IMG/VR virus record: IMGVR_UViG_3300030688_000011
Source: an uncultured virus (IMG/VR IMGVR_UViG_3300030688_000011)
Lineage: Duplodnaviria > Heunggongvirae > Uroviricota > Caudoviricetes
Direction: 5' to 3' (one strand)
Length of the DNA: 64,000 nucleotides
Under the pieces are notes generated by a model. The model saw only the letters and a program-made list of their open reading frames with translations, ran no database searches and was not told the DNA's origin. The number at the start of each line of letters is the position of its first letter. Position 1 is the first letter of the stretch. Shown here one piece after another: positions 28,588 to 38,289 of the stretch. The translations under genes were made by a program, and so were the position numbers.

Positions 28588-29325
28588 TCATTTCGCCGCC
28601 TTCACCTTCTTCGACTTCGAACATTGAGGGTTGATGCACACCGTTTCGTACTGGTTCTTGCTCACGCCCTTCACGCCACGCTTGACCAGACGCTCTCCCA
28701 TTTCAGCGAGGCAGGTCTTGCACCACTCTTCCTCAGGCACAGGCTTATCAGGGATGCCAGCAACCATCTTGTGGAACTTGTACGCCTTGCAGTAGCCTCC
28801 ACCGTTGCTGTTAGATGGCTCTCCCAAGTCGTGCATGTAAGGCGGAACGTCCGTCCGTCCATCCCGGCGAACGAGTTGGAAGGGGGTTCCCTTGGCACAA
28901 TACTCGCACGCCTCATTGATACGCTGCTTCAGAGGTTTCTTGGCCTCGACAGCGGCTTTCTCCCGTGCTTCCTTGTCCCTCCAGAATTCATGGTTACGCA
29001 TGTCGAAGTAGTGTTCAATTTCCTTCGTCGCGACCGAGACATTGTAGCCCATCCAACGCTCCGTCTCGTTGTCCAACTCCCGCTGCTTATCCGGGCGGAA
29101 CTTCAGGAAGCCCCTCTTGTCGTAGCTGTAGACTTCGTTGCGAGGCACAGGCCGTGCAGAAATAGAATGCGTCCGCTTGTCAACGATGATGATTTCGATG
29201 GGACTGTCACCGTCGCAATCGCGAGGAATCATCTGCTCACGCAGGGCAAAGACCTTCTTCTCGAAAGCCTTGAACACCTTCGGGTCGATGTCACCCCAAC
29301 TCGATACTGATTTCGCCTTCGCCAT
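28588..29325 (-). CDS. hypothetical protein with Cys/His clusters
   Basis: GGGAG RBS; CEYC, CKTC...CINPQC. Confidence 0.65.
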   Translation of the reverse strand: MAKAKSVSSWGDIDPKVFKAFEKKVFALREQMIPRDCDGDSPIEIIIVDKRTHSISARPVPRNEVYSYDKRGFLKFRPDKQRELDNETERWMGYNVSVATKEIEHYFDMRNHEFWRDKEAREKAAVEAKKPLKQRINEACEYCAKGTPFQLVRRDGRTDVPPYMHDLGEPSNSNGGGYCKAYKFHKMVAGIPDKPVPEEEWCKTCLAEMGERLVKRGVKGVSKNQYETVCINPQCSKSKKVKAAK

Positions 29326-30101
29326 TACTGGGCTCCCGGAAATACGTGATGGTAGAACTTCACTGCTTGGATAGCGGCACGTGCAGCATCATCAGCGAGA
29401 CCAAGTTCCGCATACTTCACGGCCCACTTTGAGTGCTGCCACGAGTTGCGAATGGCCTTGCGTTGCCACGGTTGTAGTCCCTTGGGCATCATATCCGCAG
29501 ACCTAATGCTTTCTTGTCATCGTCGGACAGCTTGTCGAGAGCGGCTTGCCGACGTGTAGCTTGAGCCACCCCCTCGGAACCGTCGCTACCCCAAGCATCC
29601 TTACCCTTCACTGACAGGGCAGCATCGGCCTCACGGACGAAGTAGGCTACGTGAACGGAGTGACCCTTACCTTCGTTTGAGTCCGAGTTGATAAGCGATT
29701 CGTATACGTTGAACTCTTTCATATCCCTTTCCAATCCAGCCCTGAGGCTCCTTCGGGATAAACCACAAAATCAGCAAACCGACAATTCCGATACATGTAG
29801 CAATCCACCGTTTTTTATCAGTGTCGGCCCATGTAACAAACTGCCACGGCAAGCTGAATGCCGAAAGAAACGACAAGACTACAATCAACCCATAAATGTC
29901 ATCGAGGGTCATCCAATATCCTTGCAGTCGGGGCACAGGTCGAGTAGAATGCCGTCTTTTATAACGACAGCCCACCCGCGTTCCTTGGCCTCGACCCTGA
30001 GAGCAGGGATGGATACTTCGTCAGCGAACCGTAGTCCGCCCGGTGAAACCTCACCGCAGTCTCCATCGCATTTCAGTTCGACCCAGCGTCGTGCGCTCAT
30101 G

Positions 30102-30515
30102 TCAGTATCCAATCATCTTGGCAGGAACCTCTTCCGGCTCCCACACGTCAATGTCACGCACCCATGAGGAACCATAAGCACGCGACTCCACGGTGTAGAA
30201 GGCACCGTTGATGCTGGTCTCGTAACCGCTGGTGACGGCCTTGTGCATGATTCCGGTCGCTACGTCACGGAAGACCACTGGAGTGTAGTTGGGGAGAATG
30301 CGGCCATCCTTCGTGTGGAAGGGACGCTTGATTGCGAAGTTCTTGCTGGCCGGGGCACTGGAGGAGTAGTAGTTGACGAGACGCTCGAAGTAGACCCGTG
30401 CCTTCAGGGGCTTCCAGCGAATGAAAAGGACGAAGGCATACAGGATAATCATCGCGGCTGAACCAAAGCCGACGAGGTATCCCGAACAGTAGCGGTCTGC
30501 ACCATAGTCAATCAT
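30102..30515 (-). CDS. membrane-anchored hypothetical protein, leaderless
   Basis: ATG 6 nt after TATACT. Confidence 0.6.
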   Translation of the reverse strand: MIDYGADRYCSGYLVGFGSAAMIILYAFVLFIRWKPLKARVYFERLVNYYSSSAPASKNFAIKRPFHTKDGRILPNYTPVVFRDVATGIMHKAVTSGYETSINGAFYTVESRAYGSSWVRDIDVWEPEEVPAKMIGY

Positions 30516-30521
30516 GGCTAG

Positions 30522-30552
30522 AGTATACCGGAGTCTAGTGCATCTTGAACAA
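30522..30552 (-). promoter_or_regulatory. repeated promoter TTGTTC-N19-TATACT
   Basis: motif copy. Confidence 0.75.
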
Positions 30553-30572
30553 TAAATTTAGAAAATTTTCAC

Positions 30573-30770
30573 TCAGCCCACTGTGACATTGACAACTCGG
30601 TTGTTTTCAATGCTTAGGTTGAGACGTAAAGGGTCGTAGTCACGAGTCACAATGAGGGCTCGGCCATCGACTTTGGTCACCCGGCTGGAGTATCCGTACC
30701 CCATGATTTGGTTCCGGGCATCATCCAGTGACAGACCGATGAACTTGGAAGGGTCAACGGCCAGAATCAC
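30573..30770 (-). CDS. I78/potato-inhibitor-like small protein
   Basis: FIGLSLDDA...RV...IVTRDYDPLRLNL...V...VG. Confidence 0.6.
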   Translation of the reverse strand: MILAVDPSKFIGLSLDDARNQIMGYGYSSRVTKVDGRALIVTRDYDPLRLNLSIENNRVVNVTVG

Positions 30771-31053
30771 TTTTTCTTCTTGGCCTTCGGTTTCTCAGGC
30801 TTGGTCAGCTTTTTGATTTCATGCTTCTTCATACGATTTCTCCAAAGAGACGCCTTAGGTATCCCCTGCGTACACCCCAGTCCAACCACAGTTGTTCAAG
30901 GTTTCGAATCCTGCCACGCATCCAGTCAGGCACTACCGGCGAGTCATCGCCAGCGGCCACACGGAGCAGCCACAACATCTCATGCCCACTCTTCTTATCC
31001 CTTGGCACGTTCCCATGCCTGAGCCCGGAGGATAGCTTCAACGTGGTCGCTCA

Positions 31054-31464
31054 TTAGCGGTCGTCTCCTGAGCCATGGACAACGCCACGCTCCTGCCGGG
31101 ACTGAAGCTTGGCGACGTTCGTCTCTCCGCAGTCCTGAAGCGTGTAGCCAAGTTCCTTCATTCCGGCTGCGATGTACCAGAACACATCGCCGAATTCTTT
31201 CTTGAAGTTCAGGCGGATTTCTTCGGGCCACTCCTTGGGATTTGAGCCCCACTCCACGCCATTGTCACGGAGGAGCTTGCCCATCTTCTCGCAGATTTCC
31301 CCGGCTTCACCGGCCAGCTTGAAGAGGACGTAGCAGAAGCCTTGGAATTCCCCCTGACCTTTATACAGGGCGGTCTCGACTGCGAGGTTCTGATAGTTGT
31401 TGAGAGTAGGTTCGAGGTGGAGGAGTGTAGCTCGGTCGGTATAGTCGTAAGTGTATTCGCTCAT
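31054..31464 (-). CDS. MazG-like NTP pyrophosphohydrolase
   Basis: LAGEAGEICEK..K..RD, KEFGDVFWY, NVAKLQSRQERG..GSGDDR. Confidence 0.88.
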   Translation of the reverse strand: MSEYTYDYTDRATLLHLEPTLNNYQNLAVETALYKGQGEFQGFCYVLFKLAGEAGEICEKMGKLLRDNGVEWGSNPKEWPEEIRLNFKKEFGDVFWYIAAGMKELGYTLQDCGETNVAKLQSRQERGVVHGSGDDR

Positions 31465-31529
31465 GCAGAGTAATACTGAGAAAATTTTGGTAGTGGGGGA
31501 GGGTTATATATTGTCGGGGTAAAAACTTA

Positions 31530-32249
31530 TTGAACTACGTAGGTCTTATACAGGAGCCCTACACCATGACACTCGTAACCCTCATTTGTTCGAAATGTGG
31601 TAAAGAATTCGAAAGACCACTGAAAACTCACAACCGTAATTTACGTTTAGGCTACACGACGGCCCAGTGCAGTGCGACCTGTCAAGTGGAACACCTCCGC
31701 CCAAAACCATGTGAACATTGTGGAAACACCACAACTAATCCAAGATTTTGTTCATCTAGATGTAATGCTTTAGCTACCTCCAAGTTCAAACCAAAACGGC
31801 CAAAACTTGGTCATTGCCGAGTATGTGGTGACTCAATCAGTAGCCAGAGAGTATATTGCAAGACTTGTAGAAAACTAGCGGTTTCCAATTCTAAAGATTG
31901 GTCGGGGGTGACATTAGGGGAATTACGTATCAAAAGAAAAGCTAATGGGGACGCTACTGTTTGGGCACACGCCAAAAGGGTGTTTTTCGCCTCCCCTCTA
32001 CCGAAAGAATGTTGGATATGCGGATACTTTAAGCATATCGACGTGTGTCACATCAAGCCTGTGGCTGGGTTTGCGGATGCCACACTTATCTGTGAGATAA
32101 ATAACCTGAAAAACCTAATGGGTCTTTGTCGTAATCATCATTGGGAGTTCGATCATGGACAGCTATCCAAAGAGGATAAAGAAAAATTGGTACTCCCGGT
32201 AGGATTCGAACCTACGTCTTGCTCTAATCTGGAGCTAAACCGGTTATAA
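31530..32249 (+). CDS. HNH endonuclease with Zn-binding repeats, antisense to tRNA operon 2
   Basis: CWICGYFKHIDVCHIK...INNLKNLMGLCRNHHWEFD; likely start ATG 31566; 3' end overlaps tRNA-Ile(TAT). Confidence 0.82.
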   Translation: MNYVGLIQEPYTMTLVTLICSKCGKEFERPLKTHNRNLRLGYTTAQCSATCQVEHLRPKPCEHCGNTTTNPRFCSSRCNALATSKFKPKRPKLGHCRVCGDSISSQRVYCKTCRKLAVSNSKDWSGVTLGELRIKRKANGDATVWAHAKRVFFASPLPKECWICGYFKHIDVCHIKPVAGFADATLICEINNLKNLMGLCRNHHWEFDHGQLSKEDKEKLVLPVGFEPTSCSNLELNRL

Positions 32250-32282
32250 GGCGGTTGCGTTAGACCACTACGCTACGGGAGC
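32188..32282 (-). tRNA. tRNA-Ile(TAT) with long variable arm
   Basis: ACCG(C)-CTTATAA-(C)CGGT; V-arm GCTC-CAGATTA-GAGC; CCA. Confidence 0.85.
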
Positions 32283-32292
32283 CTAAGCTTTT

Positions 32293-32379
32293 TGGTAGCG
32301 GCGGAGGGATTCGAACCCTCATGCCCCGAAGGGCCAGAGATTTTAAGTCTCCTGTGTATACCGTTCCAGCCACGCCGCC
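32293..32379 (-). tRNA. tRNA-Leu(TAA)
   Basis: GGAGA-CTTAAAA-TCTCT; class II; A73-CCA. Confidence 0.92.
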
Positions 32380-32720
32380 ATATTTATTCAATTGGAGTTG
32401 GGTATTCGTAAGCGGGTTGTGAAAGCGGTGTTCATTCTTTGAATCCTGTCCTTGTGCGTAGTGGAATCGACTTCGGTTGCGGCGGGTTCTCCACCACATG
32501 CTTGAGCCGCTCAGCGAACTCAGCTTCGTACTCTACTTCAGCTTCCTTGACCTTAGCCAATAACTCAGGGTCACTCGGCTCAGTCTTCACATAGGCGGCG
32601 AGAAGCTTGAGGAACTTTGTCCTCGCTTCCTTCACCGGCTCGTAGCTGTTCAACTGATCTACTTGCTCATCGGAAATTTGGCCTTCGTTCATCTAACCCA
32701 ATACTCCCAATTTGAAATGT

Positions 32721-32797
32721 TGGTGCGCCCTCTCGGGCTTGAACCGAGAACCCCCGCGTTATGAGCACGTCGCTCTGACCAATTGAGCTAAGGGCAC
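32721..32797 (-). tRNA. tRNA-Ile2/Met(CAT), probably Ile2
   Basis: GTGCCCTTAGCTC..., CGTG-CTCATAA-CGCG; CCA. Confidence 0.88.
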
Positions 32798-33133
32798 TAA
32801 TCTTCATCATACTCGAAATACCCGGCCACGTTACAAATGGCTTCGATGAACTCGTAAGCGTTCTCAATCACCCGGTCGGACTGGTACACCGCTTCAGAGC
32901 ACACAATCTTCTGGTCAGCGATGAACTTCTCAGCGATTTGTAGAACTCTTTCAGCCTTCTCTTCGCGGGTCATACGTTCCTATAAACATGCACATCCGGT
33001 CAGGGTTCAATCCACGTCGCCTTGCGGCAGTTCCCCGTACCCAACTGAGGGTTCTTCTCACCAGAAAGCCAAGTACCCGTCGATGCTTGGTAGTATCAGT
33101 CTTGCCTGACTGCTTCACGGCGTATGTACAAAC

Positions 33134-33226
33134 TGGAGGAAGGTGTCGGATTCGAACCCACGGTGCCTATCACTAGGACACTCTAGTTTTCAAGACTAGC
33201 GCAATCGACCGCTCTGCCAACCTTCC
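33134..33226 (-). tRNA. tRNA-Ser(TGA)
   Basis: CTAGT-CTTGAAA-ACTAG; long V-arm; U73-CCA. Confidence 0.92.
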
Positions 33227-33433
33227 CAAACTTTTATTTCCTAGTGTAGACAATGCTCAACTGCGGGTCATTGTCCTTGACAACTGCCATCAAGAGCCCA
33301 CCGTACCTGCTCTTGTAATACTTGACTGCCTTCGTATCCGAAGGGAACTCCTGTGCTGGAATCTGCTCATTGAACAGATGACCGTCGCACTCGGGATAGT
33401 ACAGTTCGCTCATGCAATACCTTTCATAAATTT

Positions 33434-33521
33434 TGGCGGAGGCGGAGGGAGTTCAACCCCCAAGTCCTTGCGGAACGTCCCGTTTCGAGCGGGGTGGGCT
33501 TAGCACATGCCCAACGCCTCC
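33434..33521 (-). tRNA. tRNA-Ser(CGA) with swapped elbow pair
   Basis: CCCG-CTCGAAA-CGGG; D-loop ATGTGCTAA and T-loop TTGAACT. Confidence 0.85.
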
Positions 33522-33526
33522 AATTT

Positions 33527-33612
33527 TGGCGGAGAGTCCGGGGGTCGAACCCGGTCAACCTTGCGGTTGTACAGTTTAGCAAACTGCTGCATTACCGTCC
33601 TGCCCACTCTCC
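33527..33612 (-). tRNA. tRNA-Ser(GCT)
   Basis: GCAGT-TTGCTAA-ACTGT; long V-arm; G73-CCA. Confidence 0.92.
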
Positions 33613-33956
33613 AAACTTTTACGAACCACCGAACCGTTCGAGCTTCTTCACCATGGCATCCAATTCGATGCCCCTCAGGAACTCGGGCCGGTTGGCCTGA
33701 ACCGTCAGACCACAGCACTCACAGGTGCTGCTCTTCCGGTCGTACCCTGCTGCAACCTCACCAATCAATCGTGCCGCTTGCAACAGCTTCGCTGCGTTGT
33801 GCTCGGCCTCAGTGGCCTTGCGAATGTGTGTCATGCTCATAAATGCCTCCTGTTGGTACATACGCTGGGGGCGGCTTAGAATTAACCCCTCACTTGTATA
33901 TGTCCAGCTTTCAGGCAATATGAGCGGCTGACCTCACATTTATTTTGGCGTTGAAC

Positions 33957-34406
33957 TTAATTCTGATACAACTTGATTTCAAACGGCGGGACTTCCATCT
34001 TCCCGTATGGCTTGAACTCATCAAATCTGTGCTCCCCCGGCTTGGCCTCAACAAAGTAGCCAATCGTCTCCGGGTATACCTGCCCAAACTTCTCACGCAT
34101 GTACGTGAACCGCTTCTTCTCCGCGTCCCACCGGGCTACTGTGGCGTTGCGGCACTTCCCGTGGTAGTACGCTTCGTGCTCAAGTTCCTCCAGCGGTACC
34201 ATCGGCATCCCCGGCTTATGCTTCTCCGGTGTCGGACACTCCAGATAGCAGTTACCCTCTCGGACATAGGCATCAGCCTCTTCACGTGGAGTACCCCTGC
34301 CCACCATACGTTCCGCGACCGCTTCGGCTTCCTTACCGAAGACCCGCTCAGCACCACACTGCACACAAATCTTCCACTGTACATCCACGTACGTATCGAA
34401 CTTCAT
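33957..34406 (-). CDS. hypothetical protein
   Basis: YYHGKCRNATVARWD...FTYMREKFG. Confidence 0.65.
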   Translation of the reverse strand: MKFDTYVDVQWKICVQCGAERVFGKEAEAVAERMVGRGTPREEADAYVREGNCYLECPTPEKHKPGMPMVPLEELEHEAYYHGKCRNATVARWDAEKKRFTYMREKFGQVYPETIGYFVEAKPGEHRFDEFKPYGKMEVPPFEIKLYQN

Positions 34407-34412
34407 GCAAAC

Positions 34413-34518
34413 CTTTCTGTGCTGGATTCGAACCAGCGGTACCCCGGTACTTCGTGCTATGACACTTCCCGAAGAACTTCATCATAGTTAGGTTTAAGCC
34501 GCTCACCCAACAGTAAAG
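34413..34518 (-). ncRNA. tRNA-like RNA with expanded anticodon arm, no CCA
   Basis: D-arm GGT-GAGCGGCTTAA-ACC, T-arm GCTGG-TTCGAAT-CCAGC, central CTATGA...TCATAG helix. Confidence 0.55.
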
Positions 34519-34532
34519 TAAAGCTTACAAGT

Positions 34533-34622
34533 TGGCGGAGAAAGAGGGATTCGAACCCTCGATACCCTTGCGAGTATGCCACCTTTCCAAGGTGGTGCAA
34601 TCGACCACTCTGCCATCTCTCC
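34533..34622 (-). tRNA. tRNA-Ser(GGA)
   Basis: CCACC-TTGGAAA-GGTGG; long V-arm; G73-CCA. Confidence 0.93.
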
Positions 34623-34628
34623 AAAACT

Positions 34629-34655
34629 AAAAAGCCACCCGAGTTGGGCGGCTTT
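34629..34655 (-). terminator. attenuator intrinsic terminator of tRNA operon 2
   Basis: AAAGCCGCCC-AACTC-GGGTGGCTTTTT. Confidence 0.88.
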
Positions 34656-34693
34656 GGTATCTTGCTGAAGTCTGTGTTTACTTATCCACAGTA

Positions 34694-34771
34694 TCAAACG
34701 TTCACCACGCCGCCGCCAGTCCATGAACTGGATGAGGTAGAGCTTGACGATATGGATAACGTGTTCTTCAT
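34694..34771 (-). CDS. leader peptide 2, MKNTLSISSSSTSSSSWTGGGVVNV (leaderless)
   Basis: ATG 6 nt after TATTAT; 9 Ser codons using all six Ser triplets plus TTA and ATA; overlaps antiterminator strand GGCGGCGTGGT. Confidence 0.85.
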   Translation of the reverse strand: MKNTLSISSSSTSSSSWTGGGVVNV

Positions 34772-34777
34772 GTCTGT

Positions 34778-34808
34778 ATAATACTACCAAAGTTCGAAAA
34801 GTGAACAA
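34778..34808 (-). promoter_or_regulatory. promoter of tRNA operon 2 (TTGTTC-N19-TATTAT)
   Basis: motif copy. Confidence 0.78.
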
Positions 34809-35378
34809 CTATTTTTTGAATTATTTCGCTGTAGCTTAGAATCTCCCCGGCTTCAAGGGCTTGCTCGTACAGGATACGGGCCTCTTCATGGGTGTAGGCG
34901 ATTGGTGACATCGGCTCCTACTGTCTCGCTACGTGCTCACGCTTTGCCAGCACCCGACGCAGGATTACATCGTAGGGCAGCAGAACTTCGTTGAACTCTT
35001 TGACGGCCCATTCGTTGCCATCACCCGGCTCCAGATGAGCCCCAACGAATCCCATCCGCTTGGTGAGAGCACGACGGACGCCCAAAAGCCGCTTAGTGTT
35101 CAGCTTTTCGAGTTGCTCTTCGGTCAGTAGTTTCATTTCTGCCTCCGTGCTTCACGTTCTTCTTCGGCTTCAATCTCACGTTCCAGTTTGCACTCCGGGC
35201 ATAGACACTCCCAGCCTACAGGCTCGAAGGGCTCACCACAGTTTTTGCAGTTCTTAAGTCTCACTTAATGTTCTCTAAGCACTTGAGAAGAGTTGCGTGT
35301 GACAGCTTCATGCTCTTCCTCCTGACTCGTGGCGTTCTCAGGAATGACCACAACCATATGAACTTGCTTGTCCGCCAT

Positions 35379-37253
35379 TTAGACCGCCTCCGTTGCAAAC
35401 CCTGCGGCCTTCACCGTGACTCCAGCATCGGCCAGAGTCTTGACGACCCAATCCTTCCCGACCTTTTCAATCTTCGCACCCTTGGCAACCAGTTCATCGA
35501 ACTTGGTCAGCTTCGACTTACCGGCCCCGGAGTCGCCCACGATAAGGTGGGTGAGGTTCTTGGACACGCCAGACTTCGCAACAGCACCGAGAGATTCAAA
35601 CTTCTTCGTGAGGTCGTCGCGGTCTACGAAGTCAAACTCGCCAGTGATGCAGAACGCCACACCAACCAGAGGCTGAGCCCCTGCATTCTGCGTGACGGTA
35701 GGCTCAGGACGAACACCAGCACGGTACAGGGCCTCGCAAATGGAACGGTTCACAGGGTCGAGAGACCACTTCAGCAGAATCTCGCTCTTGACATCGCCCA
35801 TGCCTTCGATGTTGCTCTTGGACGCAGCCTCCAGCTTGGAGCACAGGGTGAGCATGTCACCAGACTCCAGCTTGAGTTCCTTCGCCAGCAGCTTACCCAA
35901 GGTGCGACCGACCATCGGGATACCGAAGGCAGAGAGCCACTTGTTCCACGGGGCCGTCTTGGCCTTCTCCATGCTGCGGAGCATCTTCAGGACGGTGACG
36001 TTGAACCCCTGCTTGTTCATCAAGGCAAGGAACTTGGTCTCACCCGGCTCTTCACCATACTTGACTTGAAGAATGTTGAGTTCACGAAGAGCTTCAACTT
36101 GGAACTCGAACAACTCACCGATGTTGCGTGCGAACTCGCCCTTGATGATGCGGGTCGCCATATCGTCGGCCAGACCATCAATTTCAAGGATGTCGCGAGA
36201 GCCGATGTAGCTGAACAGGTCACGCACGCGACCGGGGCATACACCGTTCTCGCAGAAGCGAGTGGTGATTTTGCTCTTGGGGTCAGTCCATACCGTGATG
36301 ACCTTCTGGCACTCAGGGCAGACGGAGGGGAAGATGATGTCCTCGCCAGTGTCGTCCAGCACCTTGGTAATCTGCGGGATGACATCGCCGGAGCGAAGCA
36401 TCTCAACCTTGGCTCCCAGCTTCAGGCCCATGGCGGTAATCCACGTCTCGTTGTTGAGAGTCGCACGGGTCACCGATGCACCAGCAAGCACAACCGGGTC
36501 ACACGTCGCCACCGGGGTGAGGGCACCCTGACGACCAATCTGCCAGATGATTTCGCGGAGGTAGGTCGTGCCTGATGCCGACTGCGGCTTGAAGCACGTC
36601 ATCCAGTTCGTGAACTTCGATGCTACGCCAAGTTCCTTGCGAAGCTTGTGCGAGTCCACCTTGATGACCACACCGTCTGCACGGATGTCGGACTTGGAGT
36701 TCAGAGCGAGGATAGCATCAATAGCGGGAATCACTTCAGATTCCTTCTCCACCCGTATGCCGAGATACTTGGGGAACCCCACACTTTCCAATAGCTGCAT
36801 CCGGTCATATGCCGAATCCGGCAAGTTAGCGTCTTCGGTGGGGGAGTACATGTCCCACGGTATCAGGATGAGGGCGCGGCTGGAGACAACTGACAGGTCT
36901 TTCTGTTTCAGAGTTCCCGCAGTAAGATTGCGGGTTGATGCGTAAGTCTTAGCCCCTTTGGCAGTCGCCTCCGCGTTGATGCGGTCGAGTTCTCCGTCAC
37001 GCATGACCAGTTCGCCCCGAACGCGAATCTCCTTTGCCATATCCAGTAGTGGAGCCTGAGCTAAAACCTGAGGAACATTACGGAGAGCCCTGACCTGAGC
37101 GGTCATATCCTCGCCTTCGGAGCCAGTGCCACGGGTAACAGCTTGGGTCAGCCGCCCGTTGACGTAGCATAGCTCGGCACTAACACCGTCTTGCTTGGCC
37201 TCAAACAAACAAACTACCGGATTCTTAGTAAGGGAACTCGCAGGTGATTCCAT
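35379..37253 (-). CDS. ligA: NAD-dependent DNA ligase, C-terminal part (adenylation core, OB, Zn finger, HhH, BRCT)
   Basis: EAKQDG (KxDG), AVTRG, VRGE, RN..AGTLKQ, DGVVIK, RSGDVIP, CPEC, SGVSKNLTHLIVG..AGKSK. Confidence 0.9.
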   Translation of the reverse strand: MESPASSLTKNPVVCLFEAKQDGVSAELCYVNGRLTQAVTRGTGSEGEDMTAQVRALRNVPQVLAQAPLLDMAKEIRVRGELVMRDGELDRINAEATAKGAKTYASTRNLTAGTLKQKDLSVVSSRALILIPWDMYSPTEDANLPDSAYDRMQLLESVGFPKYLGIRVEKESEVIPAIDAILALNSKSDIRADGVVIKVDSHKLRKELGVASKFTNWMTCFKPQSASGTTYLREIIWQIGRQGALTPVATCDPVVLAGASVTRATLNNETWITAMGLKLGAKVEMLRSGDVIPQITKVLDDTGEDIIFPSVCPECQKVITVWTDPKSKITTRFCENGVCPGRVRDLFSYIGSRDILEIDGLADDMATRIIKGEFARNIGELFEFQVEALRELNILQVKYGEEPGETKFLALMNKQGFNVTVLKMLRSMEKAKTAPWNKWLSAFGIPMVGRTLGKLLAKELKLESGDMLTLCSKLEAASKSNIEGMGDVKSEILLKWSLDPVNRSICEALYRAGVRPEPTVTQNAGAQPLVGVAFCITGEFDFVDRDDLTKKFESLGAVAKSGVSKNLTHLIVGDSGAGKSKLTKFDELVAKGAKIEKVGKDWVVKTLADAGVTVKAAGFATEAV

Positions 37254-37282
37254 CTCGATACTTTCTCCTACTTCTAGGATAC

Positions 37283-37921
37283 ATGAAAACGGCGGATATG
37301 AAGAAAATTATTTCAATCTACCAGATACGCAATCTGGTGAACGGCAAGCTATACATCGGGAGTTCCCTGTGGACGCAAAAACGATTCAACAAACACTCTT
37401 CCCTGCTTAGCAAAGGCACCCACCCTAACGCCCATCTTCAAGCCGCGTGGAACCTGTATGGTAAAGTTGCCTTCGCTTTTGAAATCCTCGAAGTATGCCC
37501 ACCGGACACGCTTGAGATAGACCTGCGTCAGAAGGAGGCTGGGTACATCAAAACGCTTGCTGCCGAGTACAACATGGCTGTTAGCACTACGGCACCGATG
37601 ACGGGTCGGAAACACTCGACACAGGTGGTTGAGGGTATTAGAGAGAGGATGAAACTGTTCCGACACACCGAGGAATCCAAGAAGAAAATTGCAGACTCCA
37701 ATCGCCGTAGAAAGGGGGAGACCCGCTCTGCTGCGGTGAGAGCAAAGCTGTCGGCGATTCATAAGGGGAAGAAGCATAAACCATTCTCCGATGAAGCTAG
37801 GAAGAACATAAGCGAGGCACAGAAGCGAAGGTTTCAAACTCAGGCACCAACCGGCTGTGCTGCTAGAGGAAAGGGGTGGAAGCACACCGAGGAAGCGAGG
37901 AGACTGATGAAACGTGTTTAG
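37283..37921 (+). CDS. GIY-YIG homing endonuclease with NUMOD3 repeats
   Basis: SIYQIRNLVNGKLYIGSS...R...HPNAHLQAAWN.YG; GRKHS, HTEESKKKI. Confidence 0.88.
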   Translation: MKTADMKKIISIYQIRNLVNGKLYIGSSLWTQKRFNKHSSLLSKGTHPNAHLQAAWNLYGKVAFAFEILEVCPPDTLEIDLRQKEAGYIKTLAAEYNMAVSTTAPMTGRKHSTQVVEGIRERMKLFRHTEESKKKIADSNRRRKGETRSAAVRAKLSAIHKGKKHKPFSDEARKNISEAQKRRFQTQAPTGCAARGKGWKHTEEARRLMKRV

Positions 37922-38250
37922 TCCTCATCCCCTATTTCTCTGGTACACCAGCCACAGGGAGGGTACCCCATATGACAGTAGCAGCTAGTTGGAGCCTCAT
38001 ACGGGAGTTCCGGTTCGGGTGCCGCTTTTGGTTTGCGGTTGGGGATGCCCAGCTTCTTGTTGAGGGCATACCTTTCTCTGGCCTTTCTCCTTCTTCGCTC
38101 GTTGAGCATCTCCGTTCGTTTACGCCCTTGTTCCTGCACTAAACGGGACAGGGCTTTGAATCCATCAAAAATGTCATATACGACATGAGAGCCAGAGTCA
38201 TGCGATGCCCGTACAATCTTGTCGATTTCTTTCTTAGCCTCGTCGCTCAT
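37918..38250 (-). CDS. hypothetical protein
   Basis: AGGAG RBS; C-terminal CYCHMGYPPCGWC. Confidence 0.6.
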   Translation of the reverse strand: MSDEAKKEIDKIVRASHDSGSHVVYDIFDGFKALSRLVQEQGRKRTEMLNERRRRKARERYALNKKLGIPNRKPKAAPEPELPYEAPTSCYCHMGYPPCGWCTREIGDED

Positions 38251-38289
38251 CCGTGCATCTCCTTTTCTAATATCAAACCCACAGTAGGT

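Noticed and set aside
34503..34808. 101-aa ORF in the supplied track
   Set aside because: It starts in the -35 box and overlaps the terminator and tRNA-Ser; the 25-aa Ser-rich ORF in another frame fits the promoter.
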